Assembly (NCBI GenBank): GCA_018607685.1
Contig: JABBBA010000010.1
Span: forward strand, 1 to 35,137
Direction: 5' to 3'
Origin: K189A clade bacterium
Lineage (GTDB): Bacteria > Pseudomonadota > Gammaproteobacteria > Pseudomonadales > Azotimanducaceae
DNA: 35,137 bases
Below are positions 1 through 9,149 of the stretch, one piece after another. The notes under the pieces were generated by a model, which saw only the letters and a list, made by a program, of their open reading frames with translations, was not told the DNA's origin and searched no databases. The position numbers and the translations under genes were made by a program. Position 1 is the first letter of the stretch; each line of letters starts with the position of its first letter.

Positions 1-88
1 CGAAAACATGCAAGGGGACAATGGTGCCGGGAAACGCAACCATGCTGGGGATCGGAAACAGTGCGACTTGGATCAAGGGTTCGGCCAT
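1..88 (-). CDS. LON N-terminal (substrate-binding) domain protein, 5' end only; the gene runs off the window
   Basis: Reverse-strand ATG at 88 gives MAEPLIQVALFPIPSMVAFPGTIVPLHVF. This matches the LFPLP..VLFPG..LPLHIFE signature at the start of Lon N-terminal domains. Only 29 codons are visible. Confidence 0.5.
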   Translation of the reverse strand, partial: MAEPLIQVALFPIPSMVAFPGTIVPLHVF

Positions 89-328
89 AGGGGATTCTAC
101 GCATATGTACGCCGGGAACAAAAGCCTGGATCAGTTGCCAGGCAAATGGGTACTACAAAGGCTCATGCCTATAAAGTCCGTGCAAGCCGATTCCCGAGGT
201 GATCGTGATACACACAACGGCAACGAAACAGACCAGCAGGGCATAAATCCGGGTGAGCATATTGTTCATCAGGATTTATGCCCGCGCTGGTCAATAAATC
301 GTTTCACTGGTCGTGCGGTGCCAGACAA

Positions 329-1567
329 CTAGAACTTATAGGCGGTATCCAGCATCAGTCTCTTGTAGTCCTCCTCGATGCCGATATCCATATTTCTCTC
401 ATTATCGAAGTAAGTGAAGCCGATTTTCCACTTCTTGTTGATTGCCCAGGCACCCTTGAGTATGTGTCCTTTGGCATCGGTGCCGCCTCCGGCGAAATCC
501 GAATCCGTAAGGAGCCCGATGACCGCGTCAGCTTCGATATCCTGATAAATGTAGCTAAGTTCCCAGGTACGGGGGGCGCTGGCTTTGCCGTACTTCAAAC
601 CTGCTGCCCAGGCAGTATCAAGATCGCTCGCATCCTGGTTCTGGACAAGGTCCGCGAATAACATAAGGGGTTTTTCGCCAACCGTTGTAGTCAGTTGGGC
701 GAACAATTCTACCTCTTCGAAGCTATTGTTGTATGTGCACCCGGTAAGCGCGGCAGGATCGGTGCAGCTAAAGGTGTTGCCGAAAAAATCATCGGGGTCC
801 CCGGCAAAGACTTCCCGGTTGTCTGTGTCGAGATCAAAGTAACCAATGCCAGCGACCAGCTTGCTGTTGCCGATTGAGCCATTGAAACCAGTCTGGAAAC
901 CATAGGCCGTTTTGCTATTGTCTTTTTTCGTGTCACTCTCAAGAAAGTTTGCGGCGGTGTTAATAAAGTAGTTGCCCCTGGCAAAAGTGAAACCGATGCC
1001 TTCAGGGCGATAGTCTCCGTCCCAGACCAATCCGTGACCTGCAGGTCGGTAGAAAATATTTTTCATTTTCCCGCCAATCACATTGAAGCCTGGCTTTGCC
1101 TGCCATTTAAAGTAGGCCAGATCGAGGTTGATGTCCTTGGTGCTACCGCCACCGCCAAGTGTCTGGTTTGTAGACACGGCATCATCAGTTCCCGATGCCA
1201 GTCCAATACCTACCTCAACGTTGTCTGCGGGTTTGGCAGTCACCGCAACGCGGGCTCGAATCCTGTTGCGTTCCCGGGTATCACTTCGTTCTGCGTCAAT
1301 ATTCTCATACCGATACCTGAAGTCGCCCTTGAGCTTGACTGTTTCTGTCCAGCTCCCGGATTTACGGGTTGCTTTGAGCTTCTCAGCGGTAGCGGCGCTG
1401 GAAACGACAGATTCCTTTAGATTCTTGTTTTCCGCTTCCAGTGCATCAACACGGTTTAACAAGGAGATCAGCTGGTTCTTCAGATCAGAAAAATCCTCGT
1501 CTGACACCGAGGTGTACCCAATCTGGGCATAGGTCACTAAAAGAAGCAGTGCTATAGAACGGATCAT
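329..1567 (-). CDS. Outer-membrane beta-barrel porin with N-terminal coiled coil; probable Pho-regulon (phosphate-starvation) porin
   Basis: ORF 329..1612. I prefer the internal ATG at 1567 (MIRSIALLLLVTYAQIGYT signal peptide) because GAGGAA lies 6 nt upstream. Heptad-like LKNQLISLLNRVDALEAENKNLKE follows. The rest shows alternating beta-strand patterning and ends in aromatic ...AYKF. It is divergent from pstS. Confidence 0.65.
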   Translation of the reverse strand: MIRSIALLLLVTYAQIGYTSVSDEDFSDLKNQLISLLNRVDALEAENKNLKESVVSSAATAEKLKATRKSGSWTETVKLKGDFRYRYENIDAERSDTRERNRIRARVAVTAKPADNVEVGIGLASGTDDAVSTNQTLGGGGSTKDINLDLAYFKWQAKPGFNVIGGKMKNIFYRPAGHGLVWDGDYRPEGIGFTFARGNYFINTAANFLESDTKKDNSKTAYGFQTGFNGSIGNSKLVAGIGYFDLDTDNREVFAGDPDDFFGNTFSCTDPAALTGCTYNNSFEEVELFAQLTTTVGEKPLMLFADLVQNQDASDLDTAWAAGLKYGKASAPRTWELSYIYQDIEADAVIGLLTDSDFAGGGTDAKGHILKGAWAINKKWKIGFTYFDNERNMDIGIEEDYKRLMLDTAYKF

Positions 1568-1621
1568 TGTTTGGTTCCTCAAAAGTGGTTGGAAGTCTGG
1601 TTTGTCCAGCAACGGGCGGAG

Positions 1622-1675
1622 AAGTTAACGAGCTTTTGTTAAGTCTTTGTTAAGAGGGTGTTAAACGACTGGTTA
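1622..1675 (-). promoter_or_regulatory. Candidate PhoB-type activator site plus -10 for the porin gene (direct TTAAC(A) repeats at 11-bp spacing)
   Basis: GTTAA on the + strand at 1638, 1649 and 1660 (and GGTTA at 1671) is spaced exactly 11 bp and reads CTTAACA on the porin strand. About 10 nt downstream on that strand is TAACTT (1622-1627), a possible -10. Confidence 0.35.
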
Positions 1676-1767
1676 GATCAGCATTTTTACATACCTGATC
1701 TCCTGAATCGTGGGTTTTAGGCTGTTAGCACTGGTTTTTAGGGATTGCCGGTGAATAGGGTGGGTAA

Positions 1768-1811
1768 CTTAAAACTATCTTTAACAAATCTTAATCCAGG
1801 ATGTCTTTAAT
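1768..1811 (+). promoter_or_regulatory. Candidate PhoB-type activator site plus -10 for pstS
   Basis: CTTAAAA / TTTAACA / CTTAATC have TTAA cores at 1769, 1781 and 1791 (12 and 10 bp spacing), oriented toward pstS. TTTAAT at 1806-1811 lies 10 nt after the last repeat. No canonical -35 is present, as expected for activator-dependent promoters. Confidence 0.35.
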
Positions 1812-1839
1812 GCGCTCAGTTCTTAACTGGAGTTCCAAA

Positions 1840-2829
1840 ATGAATAAGTATTTAGCCGCCTTACTCTGTGTATTCGCTCTTTATGGGTGTTCAGAATCTG
1901 TTGAGCAGCCGCCGGTAGGTGAAGGGTCCGAGTTATCTGGCAAGGTTCGACTTGATGGTTCAAGCACGGTGTTCCCGATCAGTGAAGCCGTCGCCGAGGA
2001 ATTCAACGCTGTAGCACCGAGGGTGCGTGTCACCGTTGGTGTGTCAGGTACCGGCGGGGGCTTCAAGAAGTTCGTGGCCGGAGAGATAGACATTAATGAT
2101 GCTTCCAGAATCATCAAAGGCAGCGAACAGGAAAAGGCTGCCGCCAATGGGGTTGAGTTCATCGAGTTGCCGGTTGCTTTTGACGGATTATCACTCGTCG
2201 TCAACCTGCAGAACGATTGGGTTGATCAGTTGTCGATAGCAGAGCTGAATGCCATCTGGAATCCTGATTCCACTGTAAAAACCTGGGCAGATGTCAGGCA
2301 GGGATGGCCAGACGAAGAGATCAAGCTCTACGGGCCGGGAACTGACAGTGGCACCTTTGACTACTTCACCAAAGTCATCAACGGTAAAGAGCAGGCCTCC
2401 CGTGCAGACTTTACGGCCAGTGAGGACGACAATGTCCTGGTCCAGGGAATTGCCGGAGACAAGTATTCGCTCGGGTATTTCGGCTTTGCCTACTACATCG
2501 AGAACCAGGACAAGCTGAAGGTTGTCCCGGTCGATGGTGGCGATGGTGCGGTTAAACCAACGCTCGCGACGATCAATGATGGTAGCTACAAACCGCTTTC
2601 GCGACCCATTTTTATCTATGTTAATCCGGCGTCACTGGACGACCCTGCGGTAGCAGCGTTTGTCGACTTCTATCTTGAGCAGGCCGCCGCGTTATCCGAG
2701 GAGGTCGGGTATGTTGCCTTGCCTGCAGATGTCTACCAGAGTGGTAGGCAGCGGGTTGCAGAGCGAACAACCGGTACTGCCTACGGTGAAGGTGCTTCGG
2801 TATCCCCCCTGACCGGCAACGACGGCTGA
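1840..2829 (+). CDS. pstS: Phosphate ABC transporter substrate-binding protein PstS (lipoprotein form)
   Basis: ORF 1801..2829. The start is placed at ATG 1840 ([19 protein letters not shown], lipobox LYGC) with GGAG 7 nt upstream. [16 protein letters not shown] and [10 protein letters not shown] are typical of the PstS/PBP-like-2 family. It is followed by pstCAB-phoU. Confidence 0.9.
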   Translation: MNKYLAALLCVFALYGCSESVEQPPVGEGSELSGKVRLDGSSTVFPISEAVAEEFNAVAPRVRVTVGVSGTGGGFKKFVAGEIDINDASRIIKGSEQEKAAANGVEFIELPVAFDGLSLVVNLQNDWVDQLSIAELNAIWNPDSTVKTWADVRQGWPDEEIKLYGPGTDSGTFDYFTKVINGKEQASRADFTASEDDNVLVQGIAGDKYSLGYFGFAYYIENQDKLKVVPVDGGDGAVKPTLATINDGSYKPLSRPIFIYVNPASLDDPAVAAFVDFYLEQAAALSEEVGYVALPADVYQSGRQRVAERTTGTAYGEGASVSPLTGNDG

Positions 2830-2836
2830 TTTGTCT

Positions 2837-3727
2837 ATGAAAACGGTTAAGCCTCGCTACCTGGAGAATTCCCTCCAGGTAGTTTTCTTTATGTGTGCGG
2901 CCATTTCAACGATTACGACGGTTGCGGTAATCGGCATCCTGGCCTTTGAAACCTGGGGATTCCTGCAGCACGTATCCATAGTCGAGTTTCTCTTCGGTAC
3001 TCGCTGGTCTCCATTGCTCCATCCGAAATCCTATGGGCTACTGCCGTTACTCGCCGGTACTACGCTTATCGTCGTCGGTGCGTCCCTGGTCGCGTTGCCT
3101 ATTGGTCTGGCCTGTGCAATCTATTTGAGCGAATACGCCGGTGAGCGGGCGCGTAACGTCCTTAAGCCGGTTCTTGAAGTGCTGGCGGGAATTCCCACGG
3201 TTGTTTACGGATTTTTTGCCTTAACATTTGTGACGCCGATCCTTCGGACTGTCCTTCCTCAGACTGATGTGTTTAATGCGGCCAGCGCCGCCATTGTCGT
3301 GGGCATCATGGTACTGCCAATGGTTGCATCCCTGTGTGATGACGCCTTCCGGGCAGTCCCGGATAATCTGAGGGAAGGTGCCTACTCTCTTGGTGCAACC
3401 TCCTTTGAGGTGACGACAAGAGTTGTTGTCCCGGCCGGATTGTCCGGTGTTTTTGCCGCCTTTGTGCTTGCGATTTCGCGCGCCATTGGCGAAACCATGG
3501 CGGTGACACTTGCAGCAGGCGCAACGCCTAACCTGACATTGAACCCCCTCGAGAGTATCCAGACCATGACGGCGTACATCGTGCAGGTATCCCTCGGCGA
3601 TACACCGGCCGGGACGTTGACCTACCAGACATTGTTTGCGGTTGCCGCTGTGCTGTTCCTGGTCACGTTATGCCTGAATATTGCCGCGAACATGATTATG
3701 AAAAGGTTTCAGGAGGTGTACGAGTAA
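2837..3727 (+). CDS. pstC: Phosphate ABC transporter permease PstC
   Basis: Polytopic membrane protein with the EAA-type loop ([11 protein letters not shown]) of the binding-protein-dependent permease family. Its position is between pstS and pstA. The start could be TTG 2831 or ATG 2837. Confidence 0.9.
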   Translation: MKTVKPRYLENSLQVVFFMCAAISTITTVAVIGILAFETWGFLQHVSIVEFLFGTRWSPLLHPKSYGLLPLLAGTTLIVVGASLVALPIGLACAIYLSEYAGERARNVLKPVLEVLAGIPTVVYGFFALTFVTPILRTVLPQTDVFNAASAAIVVGIMVLPMVASLCDDAFRAVPDNLREGAYSLGATSFEVTTRVVVPAGLSGVFAAFVLAISRAIGETMAVTLAAGATPNLTLNPLESIQTMTAYIVQVSLGDTPAGTLTYQTLFAVAAVLFLVTLCLNIAANMIMKRFQEVYE

Positions 3728-4587
3728 TGGCCGCTCAAAGCAATCTCGCATGGCGACACAAAAAGGCCGCCTTCTTCAAAAACTTCTGTATTGGCGTGAC
3801 AGGTTTTGCGGTTCTTATTCTTTGTCTCCTGATCTACCAGGTATCTGTCCTGGGGCTACCCTGGCTTGATGCCCAGTTTCTGTCGAGTTTTCCTTCGCGC
3901 TTCCCTGAAAAGGCGGGAATCAAATCAGCGCTTATGGGGACCCTGTGGCTGGTGTCGATGACGGCCGCAATCGCGATTCCCATTGGTGTGCTTGCAGCTG
4001 TTTACCTTGAGGAGTACGCGAAACCAACGAGGCTGACTGAGTTTATAAACATCAACATCGCAAACCTGGCCGGGGTTCCCTCGATTGTCTACGGTATCCT
4101 TGGACTGGCCATTTTTGTCCGGTTTTTCCAGTTGGAGAGAAGCGTGTTATCCGGTGCCATGACCATGAGCCTGCTAATCCTGCCGGTCATCATTATTGCC
4201 TCAAAGGAGTCGATTCGGGCTGTTCCAGGATCCCTTCGGCAGGCAGCTTTTGCGGTGGGTGCCACGCGCTGGCAGGTTATTCGAGCACACGTCCTGCCGT
4301 CGGCGTTGCCTGGCATTCTGACGGGCGTGATCCTTGCAATCTCCCGTGCGATTGGTGAAACAGCCCCGCTGATTATGATTGGCGCATTAACCTATGTAGC
4401 TTTTGTGCCTGAGGGTCCAATGGATGAGTTCACGGCGCTTCCGATCCAGATATTCAATTGGACTTCACGACCCCAACAGGAATTTCATGAGCTCGCGTCG
4501 GCCGGAATCGTTGTTCTGTTGCTGGTGTTACTAATGATGAACGCCGTTGCCGTCTATATTCGGTATCGGGGAACAAGAATAAAATGA
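3727..4587 (+). CDS. pstA: Phosphate ABC transporter permease PstA
   Basis: ORF 3670..4587. ATG 3727 overlaps the pstC stop (TAATG), indicating translational coupling. [17 protein letters not shown] permease motif. Confidence 0.9.
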   Translation: MAAQSNLAWRHKKAAFFKNFCIGVTGFAVLILCLLIYQVSVLGLPWLDAQFLSSFPSRFPEKAGIKSALMGTLWLVSMTAAIAIPIGVLAAVYLEEYAKPTRLTEFININIANLAGVPSIVYGILGLAIFVRFFQLERSVLSGAMTMSLLILPVIIIASKESIRAVPGSLRQAAFAVGATRWQVIRAHVLPSALPGILTGVILAISRAIGETAPLIMIGALTYVAFVPEGPMDEFTALPIQIFNWTSRPQQEFHELASAGIVVLLLVLLMMNAVAVYIRYRGTRIK

Positions 4588-4607
4588 GAACTAAATGAGA
4601 AGTAGAG

Positions 4608-5369
4608 ATGAGTAGCGAAGAGAACGTGATTCTGAATATCGATGATGCCTGTATCAGCTATGGCGGAGATCTTGCGGTACGCAATGTTTCCCTGCAGATC
4701 TTTGAGAAAAAGATCACGGCAATTATCGGACCGTCGGGTTGTGGAAAGAGTACGTTGTTGAGATCGCTCAACCGTATGAACGACTTTATTCATGGCTGTG
4801 AGCAATCCGGGCGAATATCCTTTCGTGATGAAGACCTTTACGGTGACAAAATGGATCCGGTAGAAGTTCGTTTGCGCATAGGGATGGTTTTCCAAAGGCC
4901 TAACCCTTTCCCCAAATCCATATACAGAAACGTCGCCTGGGGGCCTGATATTAACGGCCTTGAGGGGGATTTGGATGATCGTGTTGAAAAGGCGCTTCGA
5001 CAGTCTGCCCTATGGGATGAGGTTAAGGACAGATTGCATGAATCTGCACTTAATCTATCAGGTGGTCAGCAACAGCGCCTTTGTATTGCGCGAGCGCTGG
5101 CCATGGAACCGGAAATTATACTGATGGACGAGCCCTGTTCTGCGCTTGACCCGGTGTCCACGGCAAGGATTGAAGATCTGTTGTTCGAGCTGAAGGAAAA
5201 CTACACGATCGTCATCGTGACTCATAATATGCAACAGGCCGCGAGAGTTTCGCAGCACACGGCGTTTCTGGAGAATGGTGTGCTTGTTGAATATGGTGAT
5301 ACAGAAGAAGTGTTCACCAACCCCAAGAACAAGCGAACTGAAGAATATGTCACTGGAAGATTTGGATAA
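4608..5369 (+). CDS. pstB: Phosphate ABC transporter ATP-binding protein PstB
   Basis: Walker [10 protein letters not shown], signature LSGGQQQR, Walker [13 protein letters not shown]-loop VTHNM. Typical PstB length (253 aa) and context. Confidence 0.95.
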   Translation: MSSEENVILNIDDACISYGGDLAVRNVSLQIFEKKITAIIGPSGCGKSTLLRSLNRMNDFIHGCEQSGRISFRDEDLYGDKMDPVEVRLRIGMVFQRPNPFPKSIYRNVAWGPDINGLEGDLDDRVEKALRQSALWDEVKDRLHESALNLSGGQQQRLCIARALAMEPEIILMDEPCSALDPVSTARIEDLLFELKENYTIVIVTHNMQQAARVSQHTAFLENGVLVEYGDTEEVFTNPKNKRTEEYVTGRFG

Positions 5370-5374
5370 TAATC

Positions 5375-6025
5375 ATGACGAAACATTTTGATAAAGACCT
5401 GGTAAGACTAAATGAAAAGATAGCTGATCTTGGCTCTTTGGTTGTCGATTCCGCCGCGAAGTCGACGGTTATGTTGCAGAACTTTGACCTTGGTATTGCG
5501 GATGAAATTCTGGCGTCAGAGGTTACGGTTAATGATATGGAAGTCGAGATCGAGAATGAATGCCTGAAATTGCTGGCGTTGCATTCGCCGGTGGCGGCGG
5601 ATCTCAGGTTCCTGATTGTTGTGTTAAAGGTGAACAATGATCTCGAGAGAATGGGTGACCAGGTCGTCAATATCGCCGAGAGAGTTCGGTTCCTAAAGGA
5701 TCAGCCGAGAGTAGTATCAGATATCGATCTGGTGAAAATGGGAGAGATAGGGTCCCGGATGGCGCGCCTTTCGATCACCGCCCTCACCATGCGTGATCCT
5801 GATATTGCGAGGGATGTTCTGTCTATGGATGATGAATTGGATGCGCTTCACGCAAGGTCTTTTGAGGTATTGCAGGAAGCGATGATAAAAAATACCGAGA
5901 TGATTACTCCGGCGATTTCATACATGACGATCTCATCCAATTTGGAACGACTGGGTGATCTGGCAACCAACATCGCAGAAGAGATTATCTTCATGCAGGA
6001 AGGGGAAGTCGTCCGCCACCAGTAG
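5375..6025 (+). CDS. phoU: Phosphate signalling complex protein PhoU
   Basis: Two internally repeated helical halves each carry an E/DxxxD-type motif (NNDLERMGD, SSNLERLGD). It lies immediately downstream of pstB. Confidence 0.9.
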   Translation: MTKHFDKDLVRLNEKIADLGSLVVDSAAKSTVMLQNFDLGIADEILASEVTVNDMEVEIENECLKLLALHSPVAADLRFLIVVLKVNNDLERMGDQVVNIAERVRFLKDQPRVVSDIDLVKMGEIGSRMARLSITALTMRDPDIARDVLSMDDELDALHARSFEVLQEAMIKNTEMITPAISYMTISSNLERLGDLATNIAEEIIFMQEGEVVRHQ

Positions 6026-6029
6026 CCTT

Positions 6030-6061
6030 TGTACCCGGACTAATCTGTACCCGGACTAATC
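6030..6061. repeat. Perfect 16-bp tandem duplication (TGTACCCGGACTAATC x2) spanning the 3' end and stop of the crotonase gene
   Basis: Read directly: 6030-6045 equals 6046-6061. The second copy contains the stop (CTA on +) and last codon of the minus-strand gene. Confidence 0.95.
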
Positions 6062-6781
6062 CGTCAACATCTTTGCGGTGTTAAGTGCGTTATTTGTGGT
6101 GGTCGGGAAATAGTCTTCGGGGTTATCAATGCCACGTTGTGCTTTGATAGATTGTTTAATGGCCATTGCAGCGCCGGCCGGATAGCCAGCAAGGGTTGTT
6201 GCGATTTCAGTGCAGCGCTCGACAACCTTTTCATCGGCCACATACTCGCTGATCAGTCCTCGCTCAAGCAGTTCCGGCGCCTTAACCCTGTCACCTAAAA
6301 AGGCCAGGCGTGCCGCCTGAAACTCGGTTGTCTTGATCTTGAGCCAGGCGGCATTCATGGGAATGTTCGCACCCTGCTGAATTTCACCAATTTGAAGAAA
6401 CGCAGACTCACCGGCAACGATGAGATCGCAGGCAAACGCAAGAGAGGCGCCTGCGTTAATGGCAAATTTTTCGAGAGCGGCAATGATCGGTTTTTTGCAA
6501 TGGTACAGCGCCAGGTGCATTGATCTAACGTCCCCTACGTCTTTCCCTGCCCAATGTGGCTGCGGGTCCGCCTGTAAAGCCTTGAGGTCAATTCCGGAAC
6601 AGAAGTATCCGCCTTCACCCCTTAGAATGATGGCGGAGATACTATCGTCTTCATCAAGTTGTTTTAGGTGGTTGGTTATTTCACCGGCTAGGGGTGGAAT
6701 GAGAGAATTGCGACGGTCGGGCCGTTCGATGACTATCTCCGCCCAACCCTCATGAAGATCCAGTCTTGAAAACTCAAGCAT
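6056..6781 (-). CDS. Enoyl-CoA hydratase/isomerase (crotonase) family protein
   Basis: ILRGEGGYFCSGIDLKAL and IAALEKFAINAGASLAFACDL match the crotonase oxyanion-hole regions. Length 241 aa. Confidence 0.8.
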   Translation of the reverse strand: MLEFSRLDLHEGWAEIVIERPDRRNSLIPPLAGEITNHLKQLDEDDSISAIILRGEGGYFCSGIDLKALQADPQPHWAGKDVGDVRSMHLALYHCKKPIIAALEKFAINAGASLAFACDLIVAGESAFLQIGEIQQGANIPMNAAWLKIKTTEFQAARLAFLGDRVKAPELLERGLISEYVADEKVVERCTEIATTLAGYPAGAAMAIKQSIKAQRGIDNPEDYFPTTTNNALNTAKMLTD

Positions 6782-7056
6782 TATCGTAACTCCTGTATCG
6801 AGAGTTTATCCTGCTGCCTGCACGATTTTACCAGAATGAACCTGATTTCTGCCGGCACGATTGGTATCAAATAGTGCGGCGCCCGTAAATCCGATCAGTG
6901 TCTTCACCTTCTATCAGGAATTCGCCGCGGATGACGCGAACAATGGGGAATGACAGCAGGCCCGCCATGCACAGGGTGCAAAGAGCGAAGGTGATGACCA
7001 CGTCGGTGGTACGTTTTTTTTGTTCAAGTCGGGACCGTTACATTCCAGAATACGGA

Positions 7057-7482
7057 TTAGTTTACGCTTTGAGAAGTCCCGGTGGTTAGTGGTCCTGGCA
7101 AATCATCCTCATAAGGTGCCTGGCTCATCCAGATCATTGCGTCTTCGGGCTCGCTGAAGATTCTGAAAATACCCGTGTCTATGCTATTTGCAAACTTTTC
7201 GAAGATCCCTCGCTTCTCGGGATCTGGGGCAACCAGTGCGACCTTGGCTTCCGGCGAGAGTTTCACCTCGGTGATCGCGAACTCAACAAACTTCATAAAG
7301 TCCTCCGCGGTCACATGCGATAGATCCGCCTGTGAAAAGTCACATATTCTATTGAGGTGAGGTGTGTATTCAGGATCGTTGATGAAAATGCGAGTGGCCT
7401 GGATAAAAGTGGCCAGATCTGGCGACTGCTTGATCGCTATGTAGGCGCTGTTCTTTGCCGCGATGATGGTATGTTCGATCAT
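7057..7482 (-). CDS. Hypothetical protein (141 aa), no family recognised
   Basis: Clean ORF with no better competitor in the other frames. No motif I can name; possibly a small STAS-like alpha/beta fold (guess). Confidence 0.5.
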   Translation of the reverse strand: MIEHTIIAAKNSAYIAIKQSPDLATFIQATRIFINDPEYTPHLNRICDFSQADLSHVTAEDFMKFVEFAITEVKLSPEAKVALVAPDPEKRGIFEKFANSIDTGIFRIFSEPEDAMIWMSQAPYEDDLPGPLTTGTSQSVN

Positions 7483-7714
7483 GTCCCTTTTCCCTGGATT
7501 ACTTCACTTAGCCTGAGGCTGGAGCGAAGACAGCAAGCTGTGAAATCCTTTCACTGCCTGTTGACGATTAAAGTGGAGATTTCCCGTAAATTATAAGGGT
7601 GTTTGTCTAAATACTCTGTAAACGATATGTATATTGAGATGGTCGGCGTGGAAATGAACCTGTTTGATGAAAATGCTATGGTGACCGCTGAAATCAACTC
7701 AACGGCGAGAATAC

Positions 7715-9109
7715 ATGTCTGTAGCAGAATCCAGCAACTATACGAATCCCTCCCTGGAGGGGAACAATAAGCCTGTCTTTGATGAAATCACGGCATCTGA
7801 CCTCGAGGTCATCGGTGAGATACCAGCAGATATCAGCGGCAATTTCCTGCGAGTAGGTCCGAATCCCTTCTATGTACCTGATGTGGAGAAGTACCACATA
7901 TTTGACGGTGACGGCATGATACACGGCGTCCATATCAGCGGAGGTAAGGCGACCTACCGTAATCGGTTTATCGATTCTGACGGTTTGAGGGACGAACGAA
8001 AGGAAGGGCACTGGATCTACCCAGGCATGAATATGTACGGAGATTTCCTGGCCAAGGGAGAGATCCCAAAGTCCAAGAACACCGGAAATACCGCTATGGT
8101 CTTCCACAACGATCAACTTTTTGCGTTGATGGAAGGCGGAACGCCTTACCGGGTGACGTTGCCGGAGCTGGAAACCCAGGGCGAGCACGATTTTGACGGA
8201 ACCCTGACCCACAATTTTACTGCTCACCCAAAGGTAGATGTGAAGTCGGGTGAAATGATGACTTTTGGGTATTCACCAACGCCGCCATTTTTGACCTACT
8301 CAGTCGTAGATCCCAAAGGCCGCGCGGTTCACACGAAAGAAATTTCCATACCTAAAGGCGTGATGATGCACGACTGTGCCATTACCGAAAATTACACCAT
8401 TTTTCCTGATCTGCCCCTGGTCTTTGATTTTGACAAACTACTGTCCGGCGGCAGCATGATCGGATGGGAACCTGAAAACGGTTGCCGAATCGGTATTGTT
8501 CCAAGAATGGGCGACGATACGACAGTGCGCTGGTTCGAGATCGAAGAAAGCTTCCTGTTCCATGTCTCTAACTCATGGGAAGAGGGCGATGAAGTGGTGT
8601 TCCAGGCCTGTCGTTCTAACAGGGGCGGTATTGAAGCAGCGCCGGGTTCAGACATGCGCGATCAACTGGGTCAATTGCATGAATGGCGATTCAATATGAG
8701 CACTGGAGAGGTGACGTCAAAAGCGCTCGATCGCGAGTACTATTGCGATTTCCCGAGAATTCACGATGACCTTGTGGGTTACCAGAACCGATATCTGTAT
8801 GCAGCCCGGTTCAGACTTGGTGATGTGCCGGTGTTTGATGGTGAAATGAAATATGACAATCAAACGGGCGAAATCCAGGTTCATCAGTTCGGTGATAACT
8901 GTGAGTCAGGCGAAGCGATTTTTGCTCCACGAATTGGCGGCGTTGATGAAGACGATGGGTATGTGATTTGTTTCGTCTATGACACTGAAGCAGAAACCAG
9001 TGAATGTCACATTATTGATGCGAAACGGTTCGAAGATGAACCTGTTGCGCGCATCAAGATTCCCCAGCGTGTACCGCATGGCTTTCATGCGTCCTGGGTT
9101 GCTGACTGA
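7715..9109 (+). CDS. Carotenoid/stilbene cleavage oxygenase (CCO/RPE65 family)
   Basis: The four spaced His contexts of the family are present: FTAHPKVD, MMHDCAITENY, FLFHVSNSWEE, PHGFHASWV. Length 464 aa. Confidence 0.85.
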   Translation: MSVAESSNYTNPSLEGNNKPVFDEITASDLEVIGEIPADISGNFLRVGPNPFYVPDVEKYHIFDGDGMIHGVHISGGKATYRNRFIDSDGLRDERKEGHWIYPGMNMYGDFLAKGEIPKSKNTGNTAMVFHNDQLFALMEGGTPYRVTLPELETQGEHDFDGTLTHNFTAHPKVDVKSGEMMTFGYSPTPPFLTYSVVDPKGRAVHTKEISIPKGVMMHDCAITENYTIFPDLPLVFDFDKLLSGGSMIGWEPENGCRIGIVPRMGDDTTVRWFEIEESFLFHVSNSWEEGDEVVFQACRSNRGGIEAAPGSDMRDQLGQLHEWRFNMSTGEVTSKALDREYYCDFPRIHDDLVGYQNRYLYAARFRLGDVPVFDGEMKYDNQTGEIQVHQFGDNCESGEAIFAPRIGGVDEDDGYVICFVYDTEAETSECHIIDAKRFEDEPVARIKIPQRVPHGFHASWVAD

Positions 9110-9121
9110 ATGGGTTGCAGC

Positions 9122-9149
9122 CAGACATTCTGTCGTTAGGGAATGTCTG
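9122..9149. terminator. Hairpin at a convergent junction (possible bidirectional terminator)
   Basis: CAGACATTC (9122-9130) pairs perfectly with GAATGTCTG (9141-9149) across a 10-nt loop. It overlaps the last codons of the epoxide hydrolase gene. No clear U-tract. Confidence 0.4.

Noticed and set aside
153-269. 38-codon minus-strand ORF (MNNMLTRIYALLVCFVAVVCITITSGIGLHGLYRHEPL) with one hydrophobic helix, overlapping a 10-bp-stem hairpin (241-281)
   Set aside because: No Shine-Dalgarno, and I cannot test conservation. The hairpin may simply be the porin terminator region. Kept only as a note.
1801-1839. Longer N-terminal extensions offered by the ORF track (pstS 1801, pstA 3670, VOC 21175, SDR 31304, porin 1612, epoxide hydrolase 10317)
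   Set aside because: In each case an internal ATG has a better SD and/or yields a proper signal peptide or cofactor motif at the N-terminus. The extension would overlap the upstream gene or promoter.
6867-7037. Open minus-strand frame encoding a possible 33-44 aa membrane peptide (..VVITFALCTLCMAGLLSFPIVRVIRGEF..) in the 275-nt gap, and the plus-strand 63-aa ORF 6898-7089
   Set aside because: Only GTG or internal ATG starts are available and none has an SD. The plus-strand ORF is Arg/Ser-rich and overlaps the next gene's 3' end. Evidence is insufficient for either.
7627-7770. 47-codon upstream ORF (MYIEMVGVEMNLFDENAM...) overlapping the carotenoid oxygenase start
   Set aside because: No SD, out of frame with and overlapping the well-supported CDS, and no recognisable leader-peptide logic.
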